Assembly: GCA_038254065.1 (NCBI GenBank)
Contig: JBBSGM010000001.1
Coordinates: forward strand, 6,434-70,433
Reading direction: 5' to 3'
Origin: Mycobacteriales bacterium
GTDB lineage: Bacteria; Actinomycetota; Actinomycetes; Mycobacteriales; Pseudonocardiaceae
DNA length: 64,000 bases
Positions 32,786 to 42,988 of this stretch are shown one piece after another. The position numbers and the translations under genes were made by a program. A model generated the notes under the pieces. The model had not been told where the DNA came from. It saw only the letters and a list, made by a program, of their open reading frames with translations, and did not search any database. The stretch's first letter is position 1; every line of letters begins with the position of its first letter.

Positions 32786-33430
32786 TCAGGTCAACGCGCC
32801 GACCGGGCCCGTGGTGACGGTCGACTCGGCGGACGCCACCCACAACACGGCGGCTCCGACCGTCGCGGCCTGGTGGTAAAGGGGTGGTTCGAGTCCCGCC
32901 GGCAGCACCTCGACACAGGGTGTGCGCTCACCGTGCGCGCGCAGCAGCCGTTGCAGGATGCCGGTGAGCACCCACGGACGTTCGCCGCCTGCGACGAGGA
33001 CGACGCGTTGCTCGCCGCGGCCGCGCCGCCAGCTCTGCCGAAGCTCGGTGACTCCGACGTGCCCACGGACGACCGCGACGACGCTGAGCGCGGCGAGGTC
33101 GGGCAACCCGGAACCGGCGCGGAACTCGACCGCCGACACGTCGGGCGCGCGCGCGGGCAGCACCGCGTCGAGCAGCCGGCGCGGTGCGCCCCACCCGCCG
33201 ACGGCGTCGATGAGCAGGTCGCATTCGGCGTCGCTGAGCCCGATCCGGTTGCGCAGCAGGGCTCGCGGCAGGGTCGCGCTGACCGCGGCCCTGCCCCCGA
33301 CGGCCAGCCAGTCGCGCAGCCGCCACAGCTGGTCGTCGGGCAACCGGCCGGCCAGCCGCAACAGCAGCTCGTGGCAGGCGCGGTCGGCGTCGTCCGGGCC
33401 GCTCCCAGCGCTCAGCACGACATCCCTCAT
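32786..33430 (-). CDS. Hypothetical protein, paralogue of the N-domain of 30959-32719
   Basis: 214-aa ORF with a shared N-terminal motif block. No known motif recognised. Confidence 0.45.
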   Translation of the reverse strand: MRDVVLSAGSGPDDADRACHELLLRLAGRLPDDQLWRLRDWLAVGGRAAVSATLPRALLRNRIGLSDAECDLLIDAVGGWGAPRRLLDAVLPARAPDVSAVEFRAGSGLPDLAALSVVAVVRGHVGVTELRQSWRRGRGEQRVVLVAGGERPWVLTGILQRLLRAHGERTPCVEVLPAGLEPPLYHQAATVGAAVLWVASAESTVTTGPVGALT

Positions 33431-33443
33431 CGCGCCACCTCCG

Positions 33444-33902
33444 TCACGCCACCTCGACGGTCAGCTCGACCTCGACCGGCGCGTCCAGCGGCAGCTCCGC
33501 CACCCCGACCGCCGACCTGGCATGCTGCCCGGCCTCGCCGAACACGTCGCCCAGCAGCTCCGAAGCCCCGTTGACGACGCCGGGCTGGCCGCCGAAACCC
33601 GGCGCGGACGCGACGAAGCCGACGACCTTCACCACCCCGGTGACGGCGTCGAGCCCGACCAGCGCGTCGATCGCGGCGAGAGCGTTCAACCCGCAGAGCC
33701 GGGCGTAGCCGTAGGCGGCCTCGGCGCTGACCGTGGCCCCGACCTTGCCCGTGCCCGCCAGCTCGCCGTCCACGAACGGGAGTTGACCGGCGGTGAAGAC
33801 CAGCGAGCCGGCGCGCCGGGCCGGGACGTAGGCGCCCGCCGGAGCCGCCACCGCCGGCAGCGTGATGCCGAGCTCGCGCAGCCGCACGCTGGGCGCCGGC
33901 AC
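33444..33902 (-). CDS. RidA/YjgF-family protein
   Basis: GTG 33902. The YjgF-like sequence reads ...AGSLVFTAGQLPFVDGEL...GFVASAPGF...ARSAVGVAELPLDAPVEVE. Confidence 0.85.
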   Translation of the reverse strand: MPAPSVRLRELGITLPAVAAPAGAYVPARRAGSLVFTAGQLPFVDGELAGTGKVGATVSAEAAYGYARLCGLNALAAIDALVGLDAVTGVVKVVGFVASAPGFGGQPGVVNGASELLGDVFGEAGQHARSAVGVAELPLDAPVEVELTVEVA

Positions 33903-33907
33903 GTCGC

Positions 33908-34087
33908 TCAGCCGCCCTTGGCCGGGCGCTTGAAGAACGCCACCAGCTGCTCGGGGTTCGCCCCGGACGTGACAGTGACCAGTTCCCAGCCGTCCCGACC
34001 GAAGTTGTCCAGGATCGCCTTGGTGTTGTGGATCAACAGCGGCGCGGTGAGGTATTCCCACTTCGTGCCTGTGCCCGGGGAGCTCAT
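33908..34087 (-). CDS. DUF4177-like small protein
   Basis: 59 aa from ATG 34087 (KWEYLTAPLLIHNTKAILDNFGRDGWELVTV). Family assignment is by recollection. Confidence 0.5.
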   Translation of the reverse strand: MSSPGTGTKWEYLTAPLLIHNTKAILDNFGRDGWELVTVTSGANPEQLVAFFKRPAKGG

Positions 34088-34160
34088 GGCGGACAACTGT
34101 AGTGCGAGCCTGATCGCGCTCGGGCGGCCGGTCGGCGGCGGCATACGTAGGCTGGGCACC

Positions 34161-35201
34161 GTGACGTCGCCCGGCTGGCCCACAGCGTTGTCCGGCGTCC
34201 GTCTGCATGTGGTGTCCGGAAAGGGCGGAACGGGCAAGACGACGGTCGCGGCCGCGCTCGCACTGGCGTTGGCCAGCGGTGGCAGGCGCACCCTGCTGGT
34301 GGAGGTGGAAGGGCGCCAGGGCATCGCGCAGGTGTTCGACACCGCACCGCTCCCCTACGCAGAGCGCCGGATCGCGGTGGCGCCCGGCGGGGGCGAGGTA
34401 CGGGCACTCGCCGTCGACGCCGAGGCCGCCCTGCTGGAGTACTTCGAGATGTTCTACCGGTTCGGCATGGCGGGCCGGACGCTGCGCCGGATGGGCGCCA
34501 TCGAGTTTGCCACGACGTTGGCTCCGGGCCTGCGTGACGTGCTGCTCACCGGCAAGGTCAAGGAGTGTGTGACGCGCACGGGCAAGGACGGCCGCCCCGT
34601 CTACGACGCCGTGGTCCTCGACGCCCCGCCGACCGGCCGGGTGGTGAGCTTCCTCGACGTCACGAAGGCGATGGCCGACCTCGCGAGGACCGGGCCGATC
34701 CACGGCCAGGCCGCAGGCGTCGTCGCGCTGCTGCATTCGGGCCGGACCACGGTGCACCTGGTCACGTTGCTCGAGGACCTGCCGGTCACCGAGACCCTGG
34801 AGACCGCGCAGCAGCTGGGCGCTGCCGACCTGCCGCCCGGGGTGGTGATCGTCAACAAGGTGCGGGAGCAGTGGCTTCCCGATCGGTCGGTGGTGCCGGC
34901 GGCCGGCGGCCGGATCGACACCGTCCGGGTGCGCACCGGGCTGTCCGCCGCCGGGCTGGACCTACCGCCGGACGTCGTCGACGGGCTGGTCGCCGAGACC
35001 GTGGAGCACGCCGTCCGGGTGGCCGTGGAGGCCGCCGCCCTGGCCCGGCTGGACGACGAGCCCGCCGGCGCGGCACCGCTGCCGCGGGTGCAGCTGCCGA
35101 AGCTGCTGGACGGGGTCGACCTCGGATCGTTGTACGAGCTGGCGGAGGCGTTGGTGGAGCAGGGTGTCCAGGTGCGTCGGACGAGTGGGGTGCTGTCGTG
35201 A
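34161..35201 (+). CDS. ArsA-family ATPase (Rv3679-like)
   Basis: Deviant Walker [17 protein letters not shown]. Start is GTG 34161 or ATG 34086. The listed ORF from 32922 is an upstream read-through artefact. Confidence 0.8.
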   Translation: MTSPGWPTALSGVRLHVVSGKGGTGKTTVAAALALALASGGRRTLLVEVEGRQGIAQVFDTAPLPYAERRIAVAPGGGEVRALAVDAEAALLEYFEMFYRFGMAGRTLRRMGAIEFATTLAPGLRDVLLTGKVKECVTRTGKDGRPVYDAVVLDAPPTGRVVSFLDVTKAMADLARTGPIHGQAAGVVALLHSGRTTVHLVTLLEDLPVTETLETAQQLGAADLPPGVVIVNKVREQWLPDRSVVPAAGGRIDTVRVRTGLSAAGLDLPPDVVDGLVAETVEHAVRVAVEAAALARLDDEPAGAAPLPRVQLPKLLDGVDLGSLYELAEALVEQGVQVRRTSGVLS

Positions 35202-36376
35202 GCCCGGTGAAGGCGTCCCGGCCGCTGGACGTCGACGCGGTCCTCGACGACCCCGCGACCCGGGTCGTGGTGTGCTGCGGTTCCGGCGGCGTCGGCAAGA
35301 CGACGACCTCGGCCGCGCTGGCGCTGCGCGCCGCCGAGCGCGGCCGCAAGGCCGTCGTGCTGACGATCGACCCGGCCAGACGGCTGGCCCAGGCGCTCGG
35401 CCTGACCCGGCTGGGTAACGAGCCGCGCCGGGTCGACGGCGTGCCGGGCGCGGGCGAGCTGCACGCGATGATGCTGGACATGCGCCGGACCTTCGACGAG
35501 ATGGTCTACGCGCACGCGGCGCCCGGTCGGGCTGAGAAGATCATCGCCAACCCCTTCTACCAGACCATCTCCACCTCGTTCTCCGGGACGCAGGAGTACA
35601 TGGCGATGGAGAAGCTGAGCCAGCTCACCGCCACCGGCGACTGGGACCTCGTCGTCGTCGACACCCCGCCGTCGCGCTCGGCGCTGGACTTCCTCGACGC
35701 CCCGCAGCGGATGTCGAACTTCCTGGACGGCCGAATGATCCGGTTGCTGTCCGCGCCGGCGCGCGCGGGCAGCCGGAGTCTTCGCAAGATCGTCGGCGCC
35801 GGGTTCGGATTGTTCGCCAAGGCCGTCTCGACGATCCTCGGTGGTGCGCTGCTCGCCGACGCATCGGCCTTCGTGCAGGCCTTCGACACGATGTTCGGGG
35901 GCTTCCGGGAGCGCGCCGACATGACCTACGCGTTGCTGCGTTCGCCCGGTACCGCGTTCCTCGTGATCGCCGCACCCGAGCCGGACGCGCTGCGTGAGGC
36001 CGCCTACTTCGTCGACCGACTCTCGGCCGAGAGGATGCCGCTGGCCGGACTGGTGCTCAACCGGACCCACCCGGTGCTGGCACCGCTGTCCGCGGCCCGC
36101 GCGCGCGCCGCGGCGGAGAACGCCGGGGGCAGCGGGTCGAAGCTGGTCGTGGCGGTGTTGCGGCTGCATGCCGACCGGGTGGACCTGGCCGAGCGCGAGG
36201 ACCGGTTGCTCGGCCGGTTCGCCGCTGCGCACCCGACGGTCCGGGTGGCCAGGGTGCCCGCGGTGGCCGGCGACATCACCGACCTGGACGGGCTCCGGGA
36301 GATCGGGGACCGGCTGGCGTCGGGCGGCGACACCGAGCCCGGCTCAGCCGTCGCGGAGTTTCGCGCGGCCCGCTGA
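35198..36376 (+). CDS. ArsA-family ATPase (Rv3680-like)
   Basis: GTG 35198 overlaps the upstream TGA. Walker [16 protein letters not shown] and the DTPP motif are present. Confidence 0.85.
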   Translation: MSPVKASRPLDVDAVLDDPATRVVVCCGSGGVGKTTTSAALALRAAERGRKAVVLTIDPARRLAQALGLTRLGNEPRRVDGVPGAGELHAMMLDMRRTFDEMVYAHAAPGRAEKIIANPFYQTISTSFSGTQEYMAMEKLSQLTATGDWDLVVVDTPPSRSALDFLDAPQRMSNFLDGRMIRLLSAPARAGSRSLRKIVGAGFGLFAKAVSTILGGALLADASAFVQAFDTMFGGFRERADMTYALLRSPGTAFLVIAAPEPDALREAAYFVDRLSAERMPLAGLVLNRTHPVLAPLSAARARAAAENAGGSGSKLVVAVLRLHADRVDLAEREDRLLGRFAAAHPTVRVARVPAVAGDITDLDGLREIGDRLASGGDTEPGSAVAEFRAAR

Positions 36377-36383
36377 ACCACCC

Positions 36384-36770
36384 TCAGGCCGAGACCCGCA
36401 GCGCCGGTTCGGCCTCGGCCGCGGGTGCGCCGGCCGCCACCTGGTCCGCGCGCTGCCCGGCCGACGGTGCGTAATGCGCCGTCCGGGCGTCGGTGAGCAG
36501 CTGGGCCCAGGACCGCACCGTGGGCCTGCTGCGCAGCACGGCCCGGCGTTCCCGCTCGGTCATCCCGCCCCACACCCCGAACTCGATGCGCTCGTCGAGA
36601 GCGTGCGCGAGACATTCGGTGCGCACCGGGCAGGCGAGACAGAACTGCCGTACCTCGCGCTGCTGCGCGCCGGTGACGAAGAGCGTCTCGCCGTCCCGCG
36701 TCCGGCACCGTGCCGCCGCCCGCCAGTTCCACCTGGCCGCCGCCGTTGTAGTCATGATCCGTCCCGCCAT
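36384..36770 (-). CDS. WhiB-family redox-sensing regulator (whiB4 position by synteny)
   Basis: Four Cys residues (ARC...FCLACPVRTEC) and a GVWGG turn. ATG 36770 has a GGGAGGG RBS. It is divergent from the PBP gene, like Rv3681c/Rv3682. Confidence 0.85.
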   Translation of the reverse strand: MAGRIMTTTAAARWNWRAAARCRTRDGETLFVTGAQQREVRQFCLACPVRTECLAHALDERIEFGVWGGMTERERRAVLRSRPTVRSWAQLLTDARTAHYAPSAGQRADQVAAGAPAAEAEPALRVSA

Positions 36771-36890
36771 GATGTCCCTCCCGAGGTCGTTGAATGTGGC
36801 GACCCTGCTGAGACGGATTCTCGGAACGTCCGGTTCCGCCGGTAAGCGAGCAGAACTACTCAACTTCACCGAGCCGGTGACCTGAGGGAA

Positions 36891-39332
36891 GTGTCACGGT
36901 GCCCGCGTACGCTGCTCCCCGTGAAGATCCCGCCCCACGTCGTCCGACCGGTGGGCCTGCTGCTGGGGCTCTGCGTGCTCGCGGGTGTGCTCGGGGCCGG
37001 GATGGCCTTCCCGGTCGCAGCGGGTCTCGGGTTGATGTCCAGCCAGGCCGGAGACAGCGTCAACAGCACCACCACCGATCTCGTCGAGGGTGCGTTGCCG
37101 CTGCGCAGCACCATCACCGACGCGACCGGCCAGCCGGTGGCCTACGTGTTCGACCAGAACCGCGCCGCGGTCACCGCCGACCAGATCTCGCCCGCCATGA
37201 AGGCGGCGATCGTCGCGATCGAGGACCGGCGGTTCTACCAGCACAACGGTGTCGACTGGCAGGGCACCATCCGCGCGGTGATCGCGAACTCCGCATCGGG
37301 TGACGTGGTGCAGGGCGCGTCGACACTCACCCAGCAGTACGTCAAGAACTACCTGCTCTACGTCGCAGCGCAGACCCAGGCGGAACGGCTCAAGGCCACC
37401 GAGCAGACCCCGGCGCGCAAGCTCAAGGAAGCCCGCATCGCGCTGCAGATGGAGCGCTCGCTGAGCAAGGAGGAGATCCTCACCCGCTACTTGAACATCG
37501 TGTTCTGGGGCAACGGGGCGTACGGGATCGCCGCCGCGGCGCGGACCTACTTCGGCGTCACCGCCGACCGGCTCACCGTGCCGCAGGCCGCGCTGCTCGC
37601 CGGGATGGTCCGCAGCACCAGCGCGTTCGACCCGGTGGCGCACCCGCAGGCCGCACTCGACCGGCGCAACCTGGTGATCACCCAGATGAAGGACCAGGGC
37701 ATGATCGACGTGTCGCAGGCGCAGGCGGCGGTGAGCTCCCCGCTCGGCGTCTCGAGCCCGCTGAACACGCAGGCCAACGGCTGTATCGGCGCCGGCGACG
37801 CGGGCTTCTTCTGCAAGTACGTGATCGACTACCTCACCCAGGCCGGCTTCTCTCACGAGCAGCTCAACCGCGGTGGCTACACGATCAAGACCACGCTGGA
37901 CCGGGCCGCACTGGACAAGATGAAGGCCTCACTCGACGCCCAGGTGCCCCCCGGGCAGCCCGACGTCGCCAATGTGATGTCGCTGCTGGCGCCGGGCCAG
38001 GACAAGCACCGGGTGATCGCCATGGGGTCCAACCGCACCTTCGGGCTCGACGCCGAAGCGCTGCAGACCAGCTACGGCCTTCCCTACGAGCCGGTCAACC
38101 TCGGCGCCGGGTCCGTCTACAAGATCTTCACGGCGGCCACCGCGCTGGCGAAGGGGCTGGGGATCAACTACCAGATGGAGGTGCCGCCGAGCGGGTACAC
38201 CTCGCCGATCTACGTCGACATCGCCGGGCGGCCGATCCCGGTGCAGAACGCCGGCAGCTATCCCGACCGGCTGAGCCTCACCGACGCGTTGGCCACCTCA
38301 CCGAACACCGCGTTCGTCAAGCTCGAGGAGTTCACCGGGATTCCCGACGTCGTCGACATGGCGGTGCGGCTGGGGATGAAGTCACTGGCCACCACTCCGT
38401 TCGTCGACCCGATCACCGGGCGCCGGACCGATCGCTCGATCGCCGAGGTCACCAAGGCCCAGAAACAGGCGTCGTTCACCCTGGGCGTGAGCCCGACCAG
38501 CGTGCTGGAGCTGGCCAACGTCGGGGCGACCCTGGCCAGTGCGGGCAAGTGGTGCCCACCGAGCCCGATCGACACGGTCACCGACGCCGCGGGGAAGCCC
38601 GTCCCGGTCACCGAGGCGCCCTGCGAGCAGGCCGTCGAGCCCGGGTTGGCGAACACGATGATGACGGCGCTGAGCCGCGACGACCTGGCCGGCACCTCCG
38701 CCGCGGCCGCCCGCCAGTTCGGCTGGGACCGCCCGATGCTCGGCAAGACCGGGACCACCCAGCAGAACAAGTCGGCGGCATTCCTGGGCGCGGTGCCGCA
38801 GCTGGCCGGAGCGGTGATCACCTTCGACAACTCCAGCTCACCCAAGCCCCTCTGCGACGGCGCAGGTGCGCCGTTCGCCTGCCGCAGCGGCAACATCTTC
38901 GGTGGCAAGACCCCGGCCCAGACGTGGTTCGGGGCGGTCAAGCCGATCCTCGAGGGCCAGCCGGTACTGCCGTTGCCCCCACCGGAGGACCGTTACCTGC
39001 AGGGGGGTGCCGAGACGCAGGTGCCCGACGTCGTCGGCCGCGCGGAGGACGATGCGCGGGCGGAGCTGGCGGCGGCCGGCTGGCAGGCCTCCACCCGGAG
39101 CGTGGACAACCTGGCCAGCCGCGGCACGGTCCTCGGGCAGACCCCGCGCGGCACCGCACTGCCGGGTGAGACGATCGTGCTGCAGATCAGCAGTGGTTCG
39201 GTGCCCGCCCCGCCGCCCCCGCCGAGTGGGGCGCCTTTCTCGCCGGGCGGCCTGCCGCCGGGTGTGCCGGTGCCCGGTGATCAGCAGCCGGGGGGTCAGC
39301 TGCCGGGCGGCCAGGGCACGGGCCCGCCATGA
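36891..39332 (+). CDS. Class A penicillin-binding protein (transglycosylase/transpeptidase) with C-terminal PASTA domain
   Basis: GT51 motifs (EDRRFYQHNGVD, GASTLTQQ) and transpeptidase motifs SVYK, SPN and KTGT. A PASTA-like segment (VPDVVGRAEDDARAELAAAGW) is present. GTG 36921 is an alternative start. Confidence 0.93.
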   Translation: MSRCPRTLLPVKIPPHVVRPVGLLLGLCVLAGVLGAGMAFPVAAGLGLMSSQAGDSVNSTTTDLVEGALPLRSTITDATGQPVAYVFDQNRAAVTADQISPAMKAAIVAIEDRRFYQHNGVDWQGTIRAVIANSASGDVVQGASTLTQQYVKNYLLYVAAQTQAERLKATEQTPARKLKEARIALQMERSLSKEEILTRYLNIVFWGNGAYGIAAAARTYFGVTADRLTVPQAALLAGMVRSTSAFDPVAHPQAALDRRNLVITQMKDQGMIDVSQAQAAVSSPLGVSSPLNTQANGCIGAGDAGFFCKYVIDYLTQAGFSHEQLNRGGYTIKTTLDRAALDKMKASLDAQVPPGQPDVANVMSLLAPGQDKHRVIAMGSNRTFGLDAEALQTSYGLPYEPVNLGAGSVYKIFTAATALAKGLGINYQMEVPPSGYTSPIYVDIAGRPIPVQNAGSYPDRLSLTDALATSPNTAFVKLEEFTGIPDVVDMAVRLGMKSLATTPFVDPITGRRTDRSIAEVTKAQKQASFTLGVSPTSVLELANVGATLASAGKWCPPSPIDTVTDAAGKPVPVTEAPCEQAVEPGLANTMMTALSRDDLAGTSAAAARQFGWDRPMLGKTGTTQQNKSAAFLGAVPQLAGAVITFDNSSSPKPLCDGAGAPFACRSGNIFGGKTPAQTWFGAVKPILEGQPVLPLPPPEDRYLQGGAETQVPDVVGRAEDDARAELAAAGWQASTRSVDNLASRGTVLGQTPRGTALPGETIVLQISSGSVPAPPPPPSGAPFSPGGLPPGVPVPGDQQPGGQLPGGQGTGPP

Positions 39333-39610
39333 TCCGGCCGGCCACACCGCGCCGCCCCTCGGTCGACCCGCGCCACCAGCCGGTCCCCGCCGTCCCCGGC
39401 GACCGGCCCCGGGTCGTGAGCGAGCTGACCGCAGCACCGGCAGGGCCGTGCCGAGAAGCCGCTGAGCCCTGTCGCCTGCCCCTCGCGTCGGTCCCGGGCG
39501 ATCGCGTCTACCCTCACGCGAAAGGGGCGACGTCCGGCACCGCGCACCGCCGGACCCCGACGAGGAGGTGAGGAGCGATCAGCTCCGAGACCGCTCCGCG
39601 CGGCATCCCC

Positions 39611-41647
39611 GTGCTCTCGGCGCCGACGTCGCACCGCGTCCGCAGTGTGCTGGCGATCCCGGCGTTCCGCAGGCTGTGGCTGGTCACTGCCGTCTCCTCG
39701 ACGGGTGACTGGTTGTCCCTGCTCGCGCTGACCTCGCTGGCCACCCAGCTCACCAGCGGTTACCAGGCGCAGAGCTTCGCGCTCGGCGGCGTCGTCGCGA
39801 CCAAGCTGGCGCCCGCGCTCGTGTTCGGCCCGCTGGCCGGTGCGCTGGCCGACCGCTTCGACCGCCGTCGCGTCATGGTGGTGTGTGACCTGTGCAGGTT
39901 CGGCCTGTTCATCTCGATCCCGCTGGTCGGGTCGCTGGTGTGGCTGTTCGCGGCAACGTTCCTCATCGAGATCTGCTCGCTGTTCTGGATCCCGGCCAAG
40001 GACGCGTCGGTCCCGAACCTGCTGCGCCGGCCCGACCAGGTGGAGACGGCCAACCAGCTCGCGTTGGTGATGACCTACGGCGTCGCCGTGATCACCGCGT
40101 CCGGGTTGTTCACCCTGGTGGCCGGCGCCGGCTCGCTGCTGGGCAGCACCGAGCCGCTGGTCACGGTCTACGTCGCGCTGGTGATCAACGGGTCGGCCTA
40201 CCTGCTCACCGCGGCGACGGTCTGGTTCCGGATCAAGGAGATCTCCGGCCGCTCGGAAGTTCGTCGGGAGGCCACTGCGGGGCTGCTCGCACTGCTCCGT
40301 GACGGGTTCACGTTCGTGGGCAGTACGCCGCTGGTCCGCGGGCTGGTCATCGGGATCATCGGCGCGTTCGCCGCGGGTGGCACCGTCATCGCGTCGGCCA
40401 AGCTGTACTCGGCCAGCCTCGGCGGCGGCGACGCCGCCTACAGCATGCTGTTCGCGGCGATGTTCATCGGGCTGGCGGCCGGCATGGGGTCCTCACCGCG
40501 GCTGGCACGGCGGCTGCCGCACAACCGGCTGTTCGGTGCGGCGATCGTGGCCGCCGGGCTGTCGCTCGCGCTGGTCGCGCTGGCGCCGCACCTGTTCGTG
40601 GCGCTGGCCGCGGTCGCGCTGGTCGGTGCGTTCGCCGGAATCGCCTTCCTCACCGGCCTGACGATCATCGGGGCGCAGGTGGCCGACGCGGTGCGCGGCC
40701 GGGTGGTGGCGTTCGTGCAGTCGCTGGTCCGGGTGGTGCTGCTCGGCTCGATGTCGCTGGTCCCGCTGGTCGTCGGCGTGGTCAAGGCGCGCACGGTGGA
40801 GATGTTCGGCTCCGTATTCCTTGTCGACGGAACCCGCACCGTGATGTTCGTGGGTGGCCTGGTCGCCGCGGCGGTCGGGACGCTCGCCTACCGGCAGATG
40901 GACGACCGGCGCACCGAGCCACTGCTGCCCGACCTGCTCGCCGCGCTGCGCCGGGGTGACCGCAGGTCCGGCGCCGGAGTGCTGATCGCCGTCGAGGGCG
41001 CGACCGCCGAGGAGACCGCCGAGCAGGCCGGGCGGCTGTGCGCCGCGCTGCGCGAGCAGGGCCATGTCGTCATCGAGCCCGGTGACGGCGAGCGCGACCA
41101 GGCCCGCTGGGCCGCCGCGACCCGCGAGGCGAACCTGTCGGGTGCGCGGGCCAAGGCGCTGGCCGTCGCCGCGGTGCGCGCGGATCTCGTCGAGCGCGTC
41201 ATCCGGCCTGCACTCGCCGAGGGCTTCGTCGTGGTCGTCGACCGGTTCCTGGCCAGCCCACTCGCCCAGTTCGGGGTGGCCGCGGGCACCGTACTCGATC
41301 CCGGTGAGCTCGAGAGCCTCGCCGCCTGGGCGACCGGGCGGCTGCGCCCCGACATCACCGTGCTGCTCGACCGCGCTCCCGCCGCCGTTGATCCTGCTGA
41401 ACCCGTCGAGCGGCGCGGGCTGGCCGGCGAGGAGCACATTCGAGTACAGCGGCTGCTCACCCGGATGGCGGCCGCGGAGCCGCACCGCTACGTCGTCGTC
41501 GACGCCGAGGGGTCGCCCGAGGTGGTTGCCGCGCGAGTACTCACCGGGCTGGCCCCGGTGTGTCCCCCGCCCACCGTCCGCGCCCCGGACGCCACGTTCC
41601 GGGAGCAGGCGACCGTCGTCGACCCGGACGCGAGGGCGCCGCGGTGA
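39611..41647 (+). CDS. MFS-type transporter fused to a thymidylate-kinase-like domain with degenerate P-loop
   Basis: About 12 TM helices in the N-terminal 430 aa. The C-terminal Tmk-like fold (VVDRFLASPLAQFG, lid and C-terminal regions) has LIAVEGATAEET where EGxDGxGK(S/T)T is expected. Confidence 0.7.
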   Translation: MLSAPTSHRVRSVLAIPAFRRLWLVTAVSSTGDWLSLLALTSLATQLTSGYQAQSFALGGVVATKLAPALVFGPLAGALADRFDRRRVMVVCDLCRFGLFISIPLVGSLVWLFAATFLIEICSLFWIPAKDASVPNLLRRPDQVETANQLALVMTYGVAVITASGLFTLVAGAGSLLGSTEPLVTVYVALVINGSAYLLTAATVWFRIKEISGRSEVRREATAGLLALLRDGFTFVGSTPLVRGLVIGIIGAFAAGGTVIASAKLYSASLGGGDAAYSMLFAAMFIGLAAGMGSSPRLARRLPHNRLFGAAIVAAGLSLALVALAPHLFVALAAVALVGAFAGIAFLTGLTIIGAQVADAVRGRVVAFVQSLVRVVLLGSMSLVPLVVGVVKARTVEMFGSVFLVDGTRTVMFVGGLVAAAVGTLAYRQMDDRRTEPLLPDLLAALRRGDRRSGAGVLIAVEGATAEETAEQAGRLCAALREQGHVVIEPGDGERDQARWAAATREANLSGARAKALAVAAVRADLVERVIRPALAEGFVVVVDRFLASPLAQFGVAAGTVLDPGELESLAAWATGRLRPDITVLLDRAPAAVDPAEPVERRGLAGEEHIRVQRLLTRMAAAEPHRYVVVDAEGSPEVVAARVLTGLAPVCPPPTVRAPDATFREQATVVDPDARAPR

Positions 41648-42825
41648 GCCGAACCACCTCACACTGCGCCGAACGCGGCGTCTGGCGCGACGTCGTCGGG
41701 CAGCCGGCCGCGGTCGCGGAGCTGAGCGCCGCGGCGGTGGACCCCTCGGCGATGACGCATGCCTGGCTGTTCACCGGCCCACCCGGATCGGGCCGCTCGG
41801 TGGCGGCCCGGGCGTTCGCGGCAGCGTTGCAGTGTCCCGAGCACGGTTGTGGTGAGTGCAATGCCTGCCGCACCGTGCTGGCCGGCACGCACGCCGACGT
41901 CCGCGAGATCGTGCCCGAGGGACTGTCGATCTCGGTCGCCGAGATGCGGGCGCTGGTCCAGCTCGCGGCGCGCCGGCCGGCCACCGGCCACTGGCATGTC
42001 CTGGTCATCACCGACGCCGACCGGCTCACCGAGGGCGCGGCGAACGCGCTGCTCAAGGCGGTGGAGGAGCCCCCGGAGCGGACCGTGTTCCTGCTGTGCG
42101 CGCCGTCCGACCATCCCGACGACGTGCCGGTCACCATCCGTTCCCGCTGCCGGATCGTGCCGCTGCGAGTGCCGTCGCCCAGCGCGGTGGCGGCAGTACT
42201 CATGGAGCGCGACGGCGTCGACGCCGACACCGCGCAGTGGGCCGCCTCGGTGTCCGGCGGCCATGTCGGGCGGGCCCGCCGGCTGGCTCGCGACCCCGAG
42301 GCCCGCGACCGCCGGGAGCGCATCCTGTCCGTGCCGCTACGCCTGCGCGGTCTGGGTGACGCGTTCGCCCACGCCGACGAGCTGGTCCGTTCCGCCGAGG
42401 CCGAGGCCGCCGAGGTCAGTCGCAGCCGGGACACCGCCGAGCGCGAGGAGCTCGCCGTCGCGATGGGAGCGGGCGGGACGGGCAAGGGGGTCGCTGCCGC
42501 GGCCCGCGGGGCGAAGGCGGCGGAGCGGGAGCTGGAGCGCAGGCAGAAGTCACGTTCCACCCGCACCCAGCGCGACGCGCTCGACCGCGCGCTCGTCGAC
42601 CTCGCCGGGTTCTTCCGCGACGCGCTGGTGGCAGGGAGCGGGGCCCGGGTGGCGCTGGGCAATCCCGACCGCGAGCCCGACGTCCGGCGGGCGGCGACCG
42701 CCTGGCCCGCAGAGTCATTGCTCCGCCGGTTGGAGGCGGTGCTGGCCTGCCGGGAGGCGGTGGACCTGAACGTGAAGCCGCGGATCGCGGTCGAGGCGAT
42801 GATGGTGGCGTTGCAGCGCGGCTGA
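41644..42825 (+). CDS. holB: DNA polymerase III subunit delta-prime
   Basis: GTG 41644 overlaps the upstream TGA. AAA+ P-loop GPPGSGRS, zinc module CGECNACRTV and TIRSRC sensor motif are present. Confidence 0.9.
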   Translation: MSRTTSHCAERGVWRDVVGQPAAVAELSAAAVDPSAMTHAWLFTGPPGSGRSVAARAFAAALQCPEHGCGECNACRTVLAGTHADVREIVPEGLSISVAEMRALVQLAARRPATGHWHVLVITDADRLTEGAANALLKAVEEPPERTVFLLCAPSDHPDDVPVTIRSRCRIVPLRVPSPSAVAAVLMERDGVDADTAQWAASVSGGHVGRARRLARDPEARDRRERILSVPLRLRGLGDAFAHADELVRSAEAEAAEVSRSRDTAEREELAVAMGAGGTGKGVAAAARGAKAAERELERRQKSRSTRTQRDALDRALVDLAGFFRDALVAGSGARVALGNPDREPDVRRAATAWPAESLLRRLEAVLACREAVDLNVKPRIAVEAMMVALQRG

Positions 42826-42914
42826 CCGGGGTGGCGGTAGGCCTGCGCCCCGGCACGCCGAGCCCGCTCACCGGTGGTCGTCGGATCGATCGCTACACTT
42901 GCGCAGCACGACCA

Positions 42915-42988
42915 GCCGCCTTAGCTCAGTCGGTTAGAGCGACGCACTCGTAATGCGTAGGTCTGGGGTTCGACTCCCCAAGGCGGCT
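42915..42988 (+). tRNA. tRNA-Thr (anticodon CGT); CCA encoded at 42989-42991
   Basis: Hand-folded cloverleaf: acceptor GCCGCCT/AGGCGGC, D stem GCTC/GAGC, anticodon stem ACGCA/TGCGT with loop CTCGTAA, T stem TGGGG/CCCCA with loop TTCGACT. Confidence 0.95.

Noticed and set aside
32922-34085. N-terminal part of the listed 759-aa plus-strand ORF
   Set aside because: It is read-through antisense to the RidA, DUF4177-like and 214-aa genes. The ArsA-like protein begins near 34086-34161, just before its Walker A motif.
36877-36897. GTGAC-N11-GTCAC dyad between whiB and the PBP gene as a Crp site
   Set aside because: The half-site spacing does not fit the TGTGA-N6-TCACA Crp consensus, and the dyad overlaps the probable PBP start region.
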